This document shows, piece by piece, positions 54,562 to 64,000 of a stretch of 64,000 nucleotides of DNA. The position numbers and the translations under genes are program-made. Numbering within the stretch: position 1 is the stretch's first letter; every line of letters starts with the position of its first letter. This DNA is from Akkermansia muciniphila. Lineage in GTDB: Bacteria > Verrucomicrobiota > Verrucomicrobiia > Methylacidiphilales > CAMAQI01. Under the pieces are notes generated by a model. That model ran no database searches. It was not told the DNA's origin and worked only from the letters and a program-made list of their open reading frames with translations. The DNA lies in assembly GCA_945883905.1 (NCBI GenBank), contig CAMCYL010000003.1, forward strand, positions 11 to 64,010, written 5' to 3'.

Positions 54562-55692
54562 ATGGGTTCAAAAATTATCTTAATAACGCACGAGTTCGCT
54601 CCTTATCGAGGGGGGGTGGCAACGTATTGTGAAGAGGTCGCTCGTGCTGCGGTGCGGTTGGGGTATGAGATTGAGGTTTGGACGCAGGGGAATTCGCAAG
54701 AGGATGATCGGTTTCCCTTTTTGGTGCGGCGTTTGCCAGGGGTCGGAAACTTAAGGCCTCTTTCACTGTTTTTATTCGCTTTTTCACTTCTTTGGAGGAC
54801 TGAGGATCTCAAGGGAGCTCGTGTTTATCTTCCGAGTCGGGGCTCTCAATGGGTTTATATGAATCTTTACCGACTTTTCGGTTGGAATCCGGGGAGAGAG
54901 ATGATCACGACGTTTCATGGAACCGAAATCTTACGCTATGCGCGAAATAGTTGGTTAAGAAAGTGTGCGGATTTATTTTTTACAGGATCAGTCCATCGAT
55001 TGACCACGGCCTCGCATTATTCAGTGCAGTTGCTTCAAGAGAAGGGATTTGGAGCTTGGACTGCCGAGATAAAGGTGGCTCCGTGTGCGCTGAAGTACGA
55101 TTTTCAACGCATTGAAGGTCGGTCGCTTCGTCAAGAGAAAGAGCCTTTAAATGAGTTTCGAGTTTTGACCTTAGCGCGGGTGCATCCTCGCAAGGGGCAG
55201 GGGGAGGTCGCTAAGGCTTTGGGGGGTCTACCATTAGAACTTCGCGCTCGTGTGATTTATCAAATTGCGGGAAAAGGGGATAAAGATTATTTAGATCAGG
55301 TGGTGAATCAGTGTCAGAGGTCCGGAGTTTGCTGCGAGGTTTTGGGGGAGATTGCCGAGAATAAAATTGCAGAGACTTATCAGAACTGTGATCTCTATGT
55401 GATGACAAGCCATTCACTTGCAGAAAGTGTGGAGGGATTCGGAATGACCTACTTAGAGGCGAGCTTCTTTCAGAGACCGGTCATCGGTTATCGAACGGGA
55501 GGAGTAGCGGAGGCTGTGATCGATGAAAAAACCGGATTTTTGGTCGAGGAGGGAGATCTTCAAGGATTAACAAACGCAATCAAGCGGATCTTGATGAATC
55601 CGATTTTGGCGCGTGACATGGGAGAGGCGGGGCGTAAACATGCTCTCTCATTTTCATGGGAAAGAACGGCACAAATACTTTTTGGAGTATGA
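54562..55692 (+). CDS. Glycosyltransferase family 4 (GT-B, Glycos_transf_1)
   Basis: 376 aa with ITHEFAPYRGGVATY and the E-x7-E region EGFGMTYLEASFFQRPVIGYRTGGVAEAV. Confidence 0.88.
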   Translation: MGSKIILITHEFAPYRGGVATYCEEVARAAVRLGYEIEVWTQGNSQEDDRFPFLVRRLPGVGNLRPLSLFLFAFSLLWRTEDLKGARVYLPSRGSQWVYMNLYRLFGWNPGREMITTFHGTEILRYARNSWLRKCADLFFTGSVHRLTTASHYSVQLLQEKGFGAWTAEIKVAPCALKYDFQRIEGRSLRQEKEPLNEFRVLTLARVHPRKGQGEVAKALGGLPLELRARVIYQIAGKGDKDYLDQVVNQCQRSGVCCEVLGEIAENKIAETYQNCDLYVMTSHSLAESVEGFGMTYLEASFFQRPVIGYRTGGVAEAVIDEKTGFLVEEGDLQGLTNAIKRILMNPILARDMGEAGRKHALSFSWERTAQILFGV

Positions 55693-55702
55693 AAGGATTC
55701 GA

Positions 55703-56398
55703 ATGTTAAAAAAATCTAATTTTTACTACGCTTTAACGTGGTTCTTTGGCCGTCCAATTTTGGATTGGGGGATGAATATCCATTCGACGGGAGGAGAAAA
55801 TCTTCCGGAAAAAGGGCCCGTTTTATTGCTCTCGAATCATATTAGTCACTTTGATCCTCCGCTGGTAGGGTATGGCCTCCGTCGGGCGGTCGATTTTTTA
55901 GCGAGTGCGGAGTTTTTTGAGAACAAATGGGTGAATCGATTTTTTAGATCGATTAATACCTATCCTTTTAAACGAGATCAGGCACAGGATTTAACGGCAA
56001 TGCGTTGGGTTCGAACGAGTTTAAATGAGGATCGGGTCGTTTGTATTTTTCCGGAGCGAGGAATTCGTTACGGGGAAAAGTCGGTTTTAGCCGGGAAATT
56101 ATTTCCCCCTGGAACGGCAGAGGTTGCATTTCGCTGGGGAGTGACGGTTATTCCGACGGTTGTATTAGGAAGTGATCATTTTTACACGTTAAAGGCGTGG
56201 AAGAATCGACAGTCGGTGTATGTGACTTATTTGCCAGCAATTCATCCCCAAGATTTTAAGAGTGCGGCTGAGATGAATCGAGCGATTGGAGAATCGATGC
56301 ATCAAGAGGTTCGTCGTTTGAAGCGGATTTATGATCTGAATGAAAGTATTATGCCGATTGCTGCAGAAGAACATTGGGGAAAGCCAGTTCCTGCTTAA
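55703..56398 (+). CDS. plsC: 1-acyl-sn-glycerol-3-phosphate acyltransferase family protein
   Basis: HX4D motif LLSNHISHFDPP and FPERG. I prefer ATG 55703 (after AAAGGA) to the ORF-track start 55613, which overlaps the glycosyltransferase gene. Confidence 0.82.
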   Translation: MLKKSNFYYALTWFFGRPILDWGMNIHSTGGENLPEKGPVLLLSNHISHFDPPLVGYGLRRAVDFLASAEFFENKWVNRFFRSINTYPFKRDQAQDLTAMRWVRTSLNEDRVVCIFPERGIRYGEKSVLAGKLFPPGTAEVAFRWGVTVIPTVVLGSDHFYTLKAWKNRQSVYVTYLPAIHPQDFKSAAEMNRAIGESMHQEVRRLKRIYDLNESIMPIAAEEHWGKPVPA

Positions 56399-56428
56399 GT
56401 TTTAAAATTTCCGACCGATAACGGTAGG

Positions 56429-56800
56429 ATGAGCTCTCTTTTTAAAGTTTCTCCTGCAAAAAAAACCAGCCAAGCGATGGCTCGTTGTATTTTATTGGGG
56501 GTTGGGGGGATTGTTTCGACCTATTTAATCTCAGAAGTGGTTCCCTTTTATGGGGCAGATATCCCTTTTTCTTTTCATTTAACCTGTGGCTTAGTCGTGG
56601 CAGTTATTCTGTTGGCGACCTTGACCGCGCTCTATCGTCTGTCTCTTCCTTCCTCTTTTTCAGTTGAGAATTCTAATTTCATAAAAAAGCCTTTGAAATC
56701 GACTCATTCCGCTGATCGCTCGATTCGAACACAGCGATCTCCGTTAGTGGTTCCGTTGAGTTTCAATAAAAATGAGATCGCTTGGTTTGAGCGGAACTAA
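56429..56800 (+). CDS. Hypothetical small membrane protein
   Basis: 123 aa with two hydrophobic helices (CILLGVGGIVSTYLI, LTCGLVVAVILLATLTAL). I recognise no family. Confidence 0.4.
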   Translation: MSSLFKVSPAKKTSQAMARCILLGVGGIVSTYLISEVVPFYGADIPFSFHLTCGLVVAVILLATLTALYRLSLPSSFSVENSNFIKKPLKSTHSADRSIRTQRSPLVVPLSFNKNEIAWFERN

Positions 56801-56845
56801 TTTTACCGCTTTTCCTTTTTCATCGTTTCGCTAATCCGATTAGGA

Positions 56846-57475
56846 ATGAATCCGTGGTTTTTATTCAGCATCGCCTTTGTTTTGGGCTCAGTTCCGTTTG
56901 GATATTGGGTGGGGAAAAGTCAAGGCATCGATATTCGTCAGCATGGCAGTGGTAATATTGGATCGACAAATGTCGCCCGGGTCATGGGAAAAAAGTGGGG
57001 ACTACTTGTTTTTATACTCGATTTTTTCAAAGGATGGAGTGCGGTCATTTTAATGACGAAGTCAGCACTTTTCTTGGATCCGGAAACGTTACCCCTCTGG
57101 AGCGCCGCCGCCGCAATTGCGGTCATTTTAGGTCATAATTATACCCCTTGGCTGCGGTTTAAAGGGGGGAAAGGAATTGCGACCTCCGCCGGAGTTTTGT
57201 TGGCCATGATGCCGTGGGCTTTATCTGCCGGCTTATTGAGTTGGATTTTTCTTATGAAAGTGACCAAAACGGTTTCAATTGCCTCGCTCACGGCCTGCAT
57301 CGTCGTTCCTTGTTCCGCTTGGTTTTTATATCCAGGAGAGAAGGTCCTTTTTGGATTTGCGGTTATAGCCGGTGCGATGGGAATTTGGCGGCATCGCTCG
57401 AATATTCGACGCTTAATCTCAGGAGAGGAATTTACCTTTAAAAAGGAAGAGTCAAAAGCTGAGGGAGAATCTTGA
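56846..57475 (+). CDS. plsY: Glycerol-3-phosphate acyltransferase PlsY
   Basis: 209 aa with GSVPFGYWVGKSQGIDIRQHGSGNIGSTNVARVMGKKWG and FKGGKGIATSAG. Confidence 0.95.
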   Translation: MNPWFLFSIAFVLGSVPFGYWVGKSQGIDIRQHGSGNIGSTNVARVMGKKWGLLVFILDFFKGWSAVILMTKSALFLDPETLPLWSAAAAIAVILGHNYTPWLRFKGGKGIATSAGVLLAMMPWALSAGLLSWIFLMKVTKTVSIASLTACIVVPCSAWFLYPGEKVLFGFAVIAGAMGIWRHRSNIRRLISGEEFTFKKEESKAEGES

Positions 57476-58356
57476 AGATTGGACTCTTAGGGGCGGGGGC
57501 CTGGGGGGGAGCGATCGGAGAGAAGATCCGAGGCCAAGGACATTCGGTGGTGGTCCATCACCACGGGGAATCAAACTGGAAAGAGAGTTTTGAGGCCTTG
57601 ATTTTAGGGCTTCCTGTACAGCATGTGAGATCCACCTTGAGTCGCTTTTCAGACCCGGCGGTCCCCATTCTCAGTTTAAGTAAAGGCATGGAGATTGGAA
57701 CGCATCAACGAGTCAGTCAGATGATTCTCGATACCTATCCGAAATCAAAGTGTGGGGTTTTGTCTGGTCCGACCTTTGCAGAGGAGGTGGTGCAAGGATT
57801 GCCAGCGGTGGCGGTGATTGCGAGTGATTGCAGTGAAACCAGAGTATTTTTTCACGACCTTTTGCATGACTCTCGATTACGACTTTATAGCTCCTCTGAT
57901 GTCGTTGGTGTGGAACTTGGGGGAGCCCTTAAAAATGTCTATGCGATTGCTGCCGGAGTTTGTCGGGAATTGAAATTGGGTGAGAATGCTTGGGCGGGAC
58001 TATTAACTCGTTGCTTAGCTGAGATGACTCGGATTGGAATGAGCCTTGGAGGAAGACCTGAGACCTTTGCGGGATTAAGTGGGGTGGGGGATTTGATGCT
58101 GACGGCATCCAGTGATAAGAGTCGGAATTTTCGGGTTGGTCAGCAGATAGTTCGAGGGGAGATCCTCGAGGATCTTTTGGGGAAAATAGGAGGCGTAGCG
58201 GAGGGAGTCTCCACGGCTAAGGCAATCTATAGTGATGATCGGATCCCTGCCGAGTCCAAGCCGATTGCGATTGAGGTGTATCGAATCTTGTATGAGGGAA
58301 AATCGCCGGCCTCTGCCGTAAAATCATTGATGGAGCGTGCAAAAACTTCGGAATAA
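57472..58356 (+). CDS. gpsA: NAD(P)H-dependent glycerol-3-phosphate dehydrogenase
   Basis: 294 aa with IGLLGAGAWGGAIG, SGPTFAEEV and GALKNVYAIAAG. The TTG start overlaps the plsY stop. Confidence 0.9.
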   Translation: MKIGLLGAGAWGGAIGEKIRGQGHSVVVHHHGESNWKESFEALILGLPVQHVRSTLSRFSDPAVPILSLSKGMEIGTHQRVSQMILDTYPKSKCGVLSGPTFAEEVVQGLPAVAVIASDCSETRVFFHDLLHDSRLRLYSSSDVVGVELGGALKNVYAIAAGVCRELKLGENAWAGLLTRCLAEMTRIGMSLGGRPETFAGLSGVGDLMLTASSDKSRNFRVGQQIVRGEILEDLLGKIGGVAEGVSTAKAIYSDDRIPAESKPIAIEVYRILYEGKSPASAVKSLMERAKTSE

Positions 58357-58385
58357 AAGGGCGGGCAAAGGACTCTTACCTGCGT

Positions 58386-58898
58386 ATGAAAAAAATAATA
58401 GGATTGAGTTTGGGATTGTTTCTCTGTTGGGCTTGTGGGGGAGATCCACAAATCAAGAAAGAGAACTCCTCCCATTCACTTCCGCTGAGTGGAGTAAAGC
58501 GTATGGATCGAATTATTAAAACGGAAGAGGAGTGGAAGAAGCAATTAACGGCCGAACAGTTTGAAGTCGCCCGAGCAAAGGGGACGGAGCGCGCATTTTG
58601 CGGGAAGTTGACCGATCATAAGGAGGAGGGGATTTATAAGTGTGTTTGTTGCGATCTTCCTCTTTTTTCATCGAAACATAAATTTCATTCAGGAACCGGA
58701 TGGCCCAGTTTTTTTGATGTGATTGATCGAAATAATGTAGCGACAGAGAGCGATCATAAATACGGAATGAATCGAACAGAGATTCTTTGCGCCCGGTGTG
58801 ATGCTCATTTAGGCCACGTCTTTGAGGATGGTCCTGCTCCTACAGGATTGCGTTACTGTTTGAATTCAGTCTCGATGGTTTTTAAGGCAGGGCTTTAA
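58386..58898 (+). CDS. msrB: Peptide-methionine (R)-S-oxide reductase MsrB, exported/lipoprotein form
   Basis: 170 aa with a signal/lipobox (LGLFLCWAC), zinc cysteines CVCCDLPLF and CARCDAHLGHVF, and catalytic RYCLNS. Confidence 0.93.
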   Translation: MKKIIGLSLGLFLCWACGGDPQIKKENSSHSLPLSGVKRMDRIIKTEEEWKKQLTAEQFEVARAKGTERAFCGKLTDHKEEGIYKCVCCDLPLFSSKHKFHSGTGWPSFFDVIDRNNVATESDHKYGMNRTEILCARCDAHLGHVFEDGPAPTGLRYCLNSVSMVFKAGL

Positions 58899-58952
58899 TT
58901 TAGAAGTGCAAAAAAGCGCTCGGCATCGCTGGGCCAAGGGAGAATTTCGTTG

Positions 58953-59393
58953 TTAATCAATAAGCCAATCGGAAGCCTTAAAGCATTTAAAAAGTTCAAA
59001 GTCGCGCCAGTTTGTTGTGACGATCGTTTTGACTCCAGCGGTTGAGTACGTAGCGGCGAGGTAAGTATCTAAGATGCGTTTGCGACCCAGATTAAATTCT
59101 TTCATCCATTGAAGAAAAAGATGATTACTTTCGGCGGATGGGTAAATCACTCGGAACTCTTCTACCGACTCAAAATGATCCGCCCATTTCAGAGCCTCTG
59201 ACATTTCAAAGGGTCGCTCGAATCGTTTTGAGTCAGTGACGATATGCAGCCACTCTTGGAGAACTTGTGGAGCAAGAAGAGCTCCTCCTTTTATATTTTT
59301 AAGGGATCGATCATAAAATCGCCATGCCTGTGGATGAGATTCATGTTCTTGAATCGCCAAAGCGATCAAAAAAGAGGTATCAATCCCAATCAT
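58953..59393 (-). CDS. vapC: PIN-domain toxin VapC
   Basis: 146 aa with N-terminal MIGIDTSFLIAL (first acidic residue) and the C-terminal TTNWRDF region. It overlaps vapB by 14 nt. Confidence 0.8.
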   Translation of the reverse strand: MIGIDTSFLIALAIQEHESHPQAWRFYDRSLKNIKGGALLAPQVLQEWLHIVTDSKRFERPFEMSEALKWADHFESVEEFRVIYPSAESNHLFLQWMKEFNLGRKRILDTYLAATYSTAGVKTIVTTNWRDFELFKCFKASDWLID

Positions 59394-59619
59394 ACAACAT
59401 CTCCCCCATCAAATCATCAGAGCCTCGTAGAGGAGTTAATATTTTTTTTACCGATCGGGGGCGGAGTGTTTCCAATGATCCGGTCTGTTTTATTTTAGAG
59501 TGGCGATAGTCCTCCATGGCCTCCCGAATAAGCTCTGAGGTCGTTCGATCCTGTTGCTTTGAAAAAGCTTGAAAAGCAGCATAAACGGGCTCGGATACAT
59601 TAATTGTTATTGCTTTCAT
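59380..59619 (-). CDS. vapB: Ribbon-helix-helix (CopG/VapB-type) antitoxin
   Basis: 79 aa with an RHH N-terminus: MKAITINVSEPVYAAFQAFSKQQDRTTSELIREAMEDY. Confidence 0.75.
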   Translation of the reverse strand: MKAITINVSEPVYAAFQAFSKQQDRTTSELIREAMEDYRHSKIKQTGSLETLRPRSVKKILTPLRGSDDLMGEMLYDWD

Positions 59620-59638
59620 ACATTAAATATAATGTATG
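59617..59638. promoter_or_regulatory. Palindromic candidate operator at the vapB start
   Basis: catacatta (59617-59625), spacer aata, taatgtatg (59630-59638). This is a 9-bp perfect inverted repeat whose left arm contains the vapB start codon (cat at 59617-59619). Confidence 0.4.
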
Positions 59639-59669
59639 ATTAAGGGGGGTCAACTAAGATTTAGGTCAT

Positions 59670-59707
59670 AGAAAGAAATAGGGCGATTGAACTGAATCAA
59701 TCGCCCT
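59670..59707 (-). terminator. Rho-independent terminator of the PfkB-family kinase gene
   Basis: A perfect 10-bp stem: agggcgattg (59680-59689) pairs with caatcgccct (59698-59707), with an 8-nt loop. On the minus strand the stem is followed by atttctttct. Confidence 0.6.
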
Positions 59708-59735
59708 GATATCGGTTTTCAATAGATGAGAGTTC

Positions 59736-60635
59736 TTAAATCGAGGTGAGCCCTTTGTAGGTCTCAAGGCGATTTTGAATTTCAGTCATCTTGAGGCTCT
59801 CAAGGCGTTTTAAGCTGAAGGCTTCGACGTTGTAGGAAGCGACGATCGTTCCTCGAAGGACGGCCTCTTTGAGAACTTGAAAATCAACAGTTTTTTGTTG
59901 AGCGCAATATCCAGCAAGTCCGCCAGCGAAGCAATCGCCAGCCCCTGTCGGATCAGGAACACGGGTTAATGGAAAAGCGGGAACGGCAAACAGTTGATCC
60001 GGCCCAAAAAGGAGACAACCGTGTTCCCCTTTTTTAATCGCAACAAATCGAGGCCCCATCTTTTGGATTTCATGTCCAGCGACCACGGTATTCGTAACCC
60101 CAGTGAGAAGTTTTGCCTCGCTATCATTGAGGATCAACATATCGACTCGTTTAATGAGATTGAGGAGATCGGCTTTCGCAATGTTAATCCAGAGATCCAT
60201 TGTATCTGCAATGACGAAACGAGGCTTCTCCATCTGATCGAGAACCATCGATTGAAGAGCGGGAGCGATATTGGCAAGGAGGACGATCTCACTCTGACGA
60301 TAGCTTTCAGGAACTTTAGGCTCAAATTTTTCAAAAACATTGAGAGCGATTGAAAGCGTGTTGCGATTGTTCATATCCACTTCATATTCGCCGGACCAAC
60401 GGAAAGTGAGACCCTCAGCGATTTCGAGGCCGGTGGTATCGATTCCCTTGGATTGATAAAGCTTCCGATATTGATCAGGAAAATCATTTCCGACCACGCC
60501 GACGAGATTCACCGGATTAAAAAAGCTAGCGGCGACCGCGGCATAGGAGGCAGAGCCTCCGAGAAGATCTCGATGCGACTCCTCTGCGGTTTTAACATCA
60601 TCAATTCCAACTGATCCAACGACGAGTACTGACAT
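59736..60635 (-). CDS. PfkB-family carbohydrate/nucleoside kinase
   Basis: 299 aa with N-terminal VVGSVGIDD and the ATP/anion-hole motif DPTGAGDCFAGGLAG. Confidence 0.88.
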   Translation of the reverse strand: MSVLVVGSVGIDDVKTAEESHRDLLGGSASYAAVAASFFNPVNLVGVVGNDFPDQYRKLYQSKGIDTTGLEIAEGLTFRWSGEYEVDMNNRNTLSIALNVFEKFEPKVPESYRQSEIVLLANIAPALQSMVLDQMEKPRFVIADTMDLWINIAKADLLNLIKRVDMLILNDSEAKLLTGVTNTVVAGHEIQKMGPRFVAIKKGEHGCLLFGPDQLFAVPAFPLTRVPDPTGAGDCFAGGLAGYCAQQKTVDFQVLKEAVLRGTIVASYNVEAFSLKRLESLKMTEIQNRLETYKGLTSI

Positions 60636-60689
60636 GGGGGGCTCCTTTTGTTAGAGGCAAAGTGATACAGGAAAAAGGAGAGTCGTAAA

Positions 60690-61622
60690 TCACGGAAAAA
60701 TACATATCTCCCCCAATTTCGCTTCTCTGTATTCGAGAATTTTTTGAGCTAATCGTTTCCCCAGCTCTTGAGGGGTTTGGGATTCGATGAAAGCCTTTTC
60801 TCGACGTTGGTTTTTTTTGCCATCAGACCAATAGCCTTCGAGATGAAGTCGATCCCCTTCTGTTGTTGCCAAAGCCGCAATCGGTTGAGCGCAGCCTCCG
60901 CCGAGTGCGAGAAGGAAAGAGCGCTCAGCGCTCACGTGGGCTCGGGTGATGGGACAATCGAGAGGAAGAAGAAGTGCGGTAAGAGGATCGTTTAATCGCA
61001 TCTGAATCCCAAGAGCCCCCTGCCCAGGAGCCGGAAGCATTTGTGAGGGGAGAAGAGGGGTGGCGATCAGTTCTTGGAGATCAGGGCGAAGTCGGTTAAG
61101 TCCCGCTTCAGCAAGAATAATTCCAGACCAATCCTGATTTTCGCGAAGCTTGCGAAGTCGTGTATCGATGTTCCCTCGAATATCGACGATTTGTAGATCA
61201 GGACGAAGAAGGTGGAGTTGGGTGATTCGTCGTGGACTTCCTGTCGCGATAGCGGCCTTTAACGGGAGTGTCTGTAGATTGTAGTTTTCTTTTGTAATCA
61301 GTAGATCCAATGGGGATTCACGTTTAGGAATCAAGGCAACTGCGAGCCCTTGGGGATCTTCGACGGGAAGATCTTTAAGGCTATGAACAGCGAGATCGAT
61401 CTCGCCTTGCAGGAGGGCGACTTCAAGTTCTTTAGTGAAGATCCCCTTGCCTGCCGGCAGTTCTTTTTGCGATTGTAAGGCCCACGAATCTCCGGTGGTT
61501 CTAATAATCTTAAGATCGATCTCCCAATCCGGAAGAAGCGATTGAATCCGAGCTTGGAAGAGTTTCGTCTGGGTTAAAGCAAGGGGAGAGCCCCGAGTCC
61601 CAATGACGAGTTTCTTTTGCAT
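60690..61622 (-). CDS. hemC: Porphobilinogen deaminase (hydroxymethylbilane synthase)
   Basis: 310 aa with IGTRGSPLALTQT, HSLKDLP, RGNIDTRLRKL and the cofactor Cys context LGGGCAQPIAA. Confidence 0.95.
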   Translation of the reverse strand: MQKKLVIGTRGSPLALTQTKLFQARIQSLLPDWEIDLKIIRTTGDSWALQSQKELPAGKGIFTKELEVALLQGEIDLAVHSLKDLPVEDPQGLAVALIPKRESPLDLLITKENYNLQTLPLKAAIATGSPRRITQLHLLRPDLQIVDIRGNIDTRLRKLRENQDWSGIILAEAGLNRLRPDLQELIATPLLPSQMLPAPGQGALGIQMRLNDPLTALLLPLDCPITRAHVSAERSFLLALGGGCAQPIAALATTEGDRLHLEGYWSDGKKNQRREKAFIESQTPQELGKRLAQKILEYREAKLGEICIFP

Positions 61623-61734
61623 GGAATATTAGAGTTCCCACGAAGTGACAAAGGGAGGATTCACTCTGTTCATGATGTAACTCAAAAAATGAATTCTCTT
61701 TGCTCCCTTGAGACTTCGTTGTGAAACCGTTCCT

Positions 61735-63825
61735 TTAAGCCGGAGCCCCTTGGAAGCCAGGAAGGAGGCCGTCCTCCTTTTTCGGTTTAGAAACCGGAGG
61801 ATTTTCGGGGAGGGGCTCGGAAGGGGTTGGATTGATGGGCGGATCGATTTTTTTAATCGGCGGGTTACTCATTTTTCCCTCTTTAATTAAATCGATCACA
61901 TTTTGACCATCGAGAACTTCATAGTCTAAGAGCGCTTGTGTAATGAGCTCCATTTTATCGCGGTTCGTTAAAATCATCTCTTTGGCACGAGCATACGCGG
62001 AGCTCACGAGTTCAAGGACCTCTTTATCGATCAATTGAGCGGTCGCTTCACTATAACTTCGTTGTGAGCTGAGATCTCGACCAAGGAAGGTCATGTTGGA
62101 ATCGGCACCATAGTGGATCATTCCCAATTTTTCACTCATTCCCCAATCGCAAACCATTTTCTTCGCATACCACGTGGCCATATTGATATCCCCTGAGGCC
62201 CCGCTACTAATATCGCCGATGAATACCTCCTCGGCGACTCGACCTCCCATGGTAACGCAAAGGTCATCGATGATCTTTCTGCGAGAATGTCCCAAGAGAT
62301 CCTCTTTCGGAAGCATCATCGTGACGCCTAAAGCAGGACCACGAGGAATGATGGAGACTTTGTGAAGTGGATCGGTGTGATCAAGAAGAACATTTAGAAG
62401 TGCATGACCCGCCTCATGATAAGCGGTGATCTTTTTCTGCTCCTCAGTCATCGCCATGCTCCGACGTTCGCGTCCCCAACGGACCTTATCGCGAGACTCC
62501 TCGAGTTCACTTTGACCGATCGACTCCTTCCCACGACGAACCGCAAGAAGGGCCGCTTCATTTAAAAGATTCGCGAGTTCCGCTCCAGAGAATCCAGGGG
62601 TTCCACGGGCAATGAGTCCCAGTTCCGCCTTTACATCGAGCTTCACTTTATTGGCGTGAACCTTGAGAATCTCTTCGCGACCTTTAATATCAGGAAGATT
62701 AATCATCACCTCACGATCAAAACGACCGGGACGAAGTAATGCCGGATCCAAAACATCTTTACGATTTGTGGCGGCAATCATGATGATCCCCTCTTGGGTA
62801 TCGATTCCATCCATCTCGACGAGCATTGCATTGAGGGTCTGCTCCCGTTCATCGTGACCTCCCCCCATTCCACTACCACGGGCCCGTCCCACGGCATCGA
62901 TCTCATCGATGAAGATCAGACAAGGGGCATTTTTGCGGCCTTGCTCAAACATATCACGAACACGAGAGGCACCGACCCCAACGAACATTTCAACAAAATC
63001 AGAACCGCTAATGCTAAAAAAGGGAACGTCCGCTTCACCCGCAATCGCTTTAGCGATCAAGGTTTTTCCGGTTCCCGGAGGTCCGACCATGAGAATTCCC
63101 TTGGGAATTCGACCCCCCAGCTTCGAGAATTTTTTGGGGTCTTTTAGGAAGTCAACGATTTCGTGAACCTCATCTTTCGCCTCTTCCACACCAGCGACAT
63201 CTTTGAAGGTAATTTTCTTTTTATCTCGCGAGAGTAACTTCGCTCTGCTTTTCCCAAAACTAAAAGCTCCCTTGCCGGCCATTTTGATCTGTTGGCGGAA
63301 AAGAAAATAGAGAATCAGGATGAACAGAATAAAAGGAAGAGTGCTAATAAGGATCTGCTCCCATTTATGTTCATTGAGTTTTGAGTCAAGATCCGGATAG
63401 CCATTCGCGGCAAGGAAGGTATTGAGATCGCGATTCCAATCGGTATCAATAATTGTTTGGAAATTAGTCGAAACCGGTTTTCCCGTTTTTTCATCCTTTT
63501 TAAGATATTTCCCTTCGAGATAAGATTTGCCGGTGTTTTCACGAACAAAGGCCAACGATTCAATCGTCTTTTGACCGCTCTCCTTTTGAGTTCGAATCAT
63601 CTCCTTAAATTTAGAGAGTTGAATCTCCTCGGTGACGCCGATCGGCTTTTGGAAAAAATAAAAAGCGAGGATAATGGCAGCGAAACAAGAGATAAAAAGG
63701 AAGACCCCCTTCATCGATTCGTTATCTCCATCCCCGTCATTGGAGTTTTTCGGTTTCGGACGCTTACGAACCGGCGGTTTTTCAGTTTTCGACTTCTTAG
63801 GAAATTTGACTTCTGGATCAGACAT
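61735..63825 (-). CDS. ftsH: ATP-dependent zinc metalloprotease FtsH
   Basis: Walker [19 protein letters not shown], Walker [12 protein letters not shown] region [19 protein letters not shown], and zinc site HEAGHAL. I prefer ATG 63825 (MSDPEV...); the ORF-track start is 63885. Confidence 0.93.
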   Translation of the reverse strand: MSDPEVKFPKKSKTEKPPVRKRPKPKNSNDGDGDNESMKGVFLFISCFAAIILAFYFFQKPIGVTEEIQLSKFKEMIRTQKESGQKTIESLAFVRENTGKSYLEGKYLKKDEKTGKPVSTNFQTIIDTDWNRDLNTFLAANGYPDLDSKLNEHKWEQILISTLPFILFILILYFLFRQQIKMAGKGAFSFGKSRAKLLSRDKKKITFKDVAGVEEAKDEVHEIVDFLKDPKKFSKLGGRIPKGILMVGPPGTGKTLIAKAIAGEADVPFFSISGSDFVEMFVGVGASRVRDMFEQGRKNAPCLIFIDEIDAVGRARGSGMGGGHDEREQTLNAMLVEMDGIDTQEGIIMIAATNRKDVLDPALLRPGRFDREVMINLPDIKGREEILKVHANKVKLDVKAELGLIARGTPGFSGAELANLLNEAALLAVRRGKESIGQSELEESRDKVRWGRERRSMAMTEEQKKITAYHEAGHALLNVLLDHTDPLHKVSIIPRGPALGVTMMLPKEDLLGHSRRKIIDDLCVTMGGRVAEEVFIGDISSGASGDINMATWYAKKMVCDWGMSEKLGMIHYGADSNMTFLGRDLSSQRSYSEATAQLIDKEVLELVSSAYARAKEMILTNRDKMELITQALLDYEVLDGQNVIDLIKEGKMSNPPIKKIDPPINPTPSEPLPENPPVSKPKKEDGLLPGFQGAPA

Positions 63826-64000
63826 ATGGGAGAACGTAGGGGCTCCGAAGGGGAATGCAAATCCGAAATCGATAAACGGCAACAATATCGCTGTTTTTTT
63901 GATTCAATTGCTCTGCAATCGGTTTTCTTAGTTTCTCGATCGAATAGGGATCAATCTGTTTTATTAAATTGCTTTTGAGTTGTCCCTAAAATCAAAATCG

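Overview
This is a 64-kb chromosomal window, probably from a PVC-superphylum bacterium and most likely Verrucomicrobiota. That placement is an inference from a MurC-MurB fusion, a strongly divergent FtsZ, and an autotransporter-beta-strand-repeat protein with a PEP-CTERM-like tail. The core is ordinary housekeeping: sdhCAB, mpl, nifS-like desulfurase, an orphan NtrC-type regulator, a complete dcw cluster (mraZ-rsmH-ftsL-ftsI-murE-murF-mraY-murD-[LysM]-ftsW-murG-murC/B-ddl-ftsQ-ftsA-ftsZ, about 13.0-31.7 kb), cimA, galK, a sigma-70-family factor, RNase P RNA (minus strand, hidden under spurious ORFs), priA, birA, manC, ctaA, thiL-tsaE, lrp-aminotransferase, plsC/plsY/gpsA, msrB, hemC and ftsH. 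The accessory or unusual content is as follows. (1) A translationally coupled ABC-type ATPase + DUF4276 (Toprim-like) gene pair at 52.8-54.5 kb. This is the best candidate for an uncharacterised OLD/PARIS-like defence module. (2) Two families of large nested-palindrome intergenic repeats. Family 1 has 4 copies at 7.9, 10.2, 12.0 and 33.4 kb. Family 2 has copies at 4.4 and 41.8 kb. (3) A 1.68-kb IS4-like element with 40-bp terminal inverted repeats, a 10-bp target duplication, a transposase broken by one in-frame stop, and an AbrB-like passenger ORF. (4) Three type II toxin-antitoxin pairs (ParE/RelE-type, HicBA, VapBC). (5) A standalone class III nucleotide cyclase with a DICT-like partner. 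I saw no rRNA, tRNA or CRISPR array. All calls come from reading the sequence and ORF translations and recognising motifs; no searches were run.
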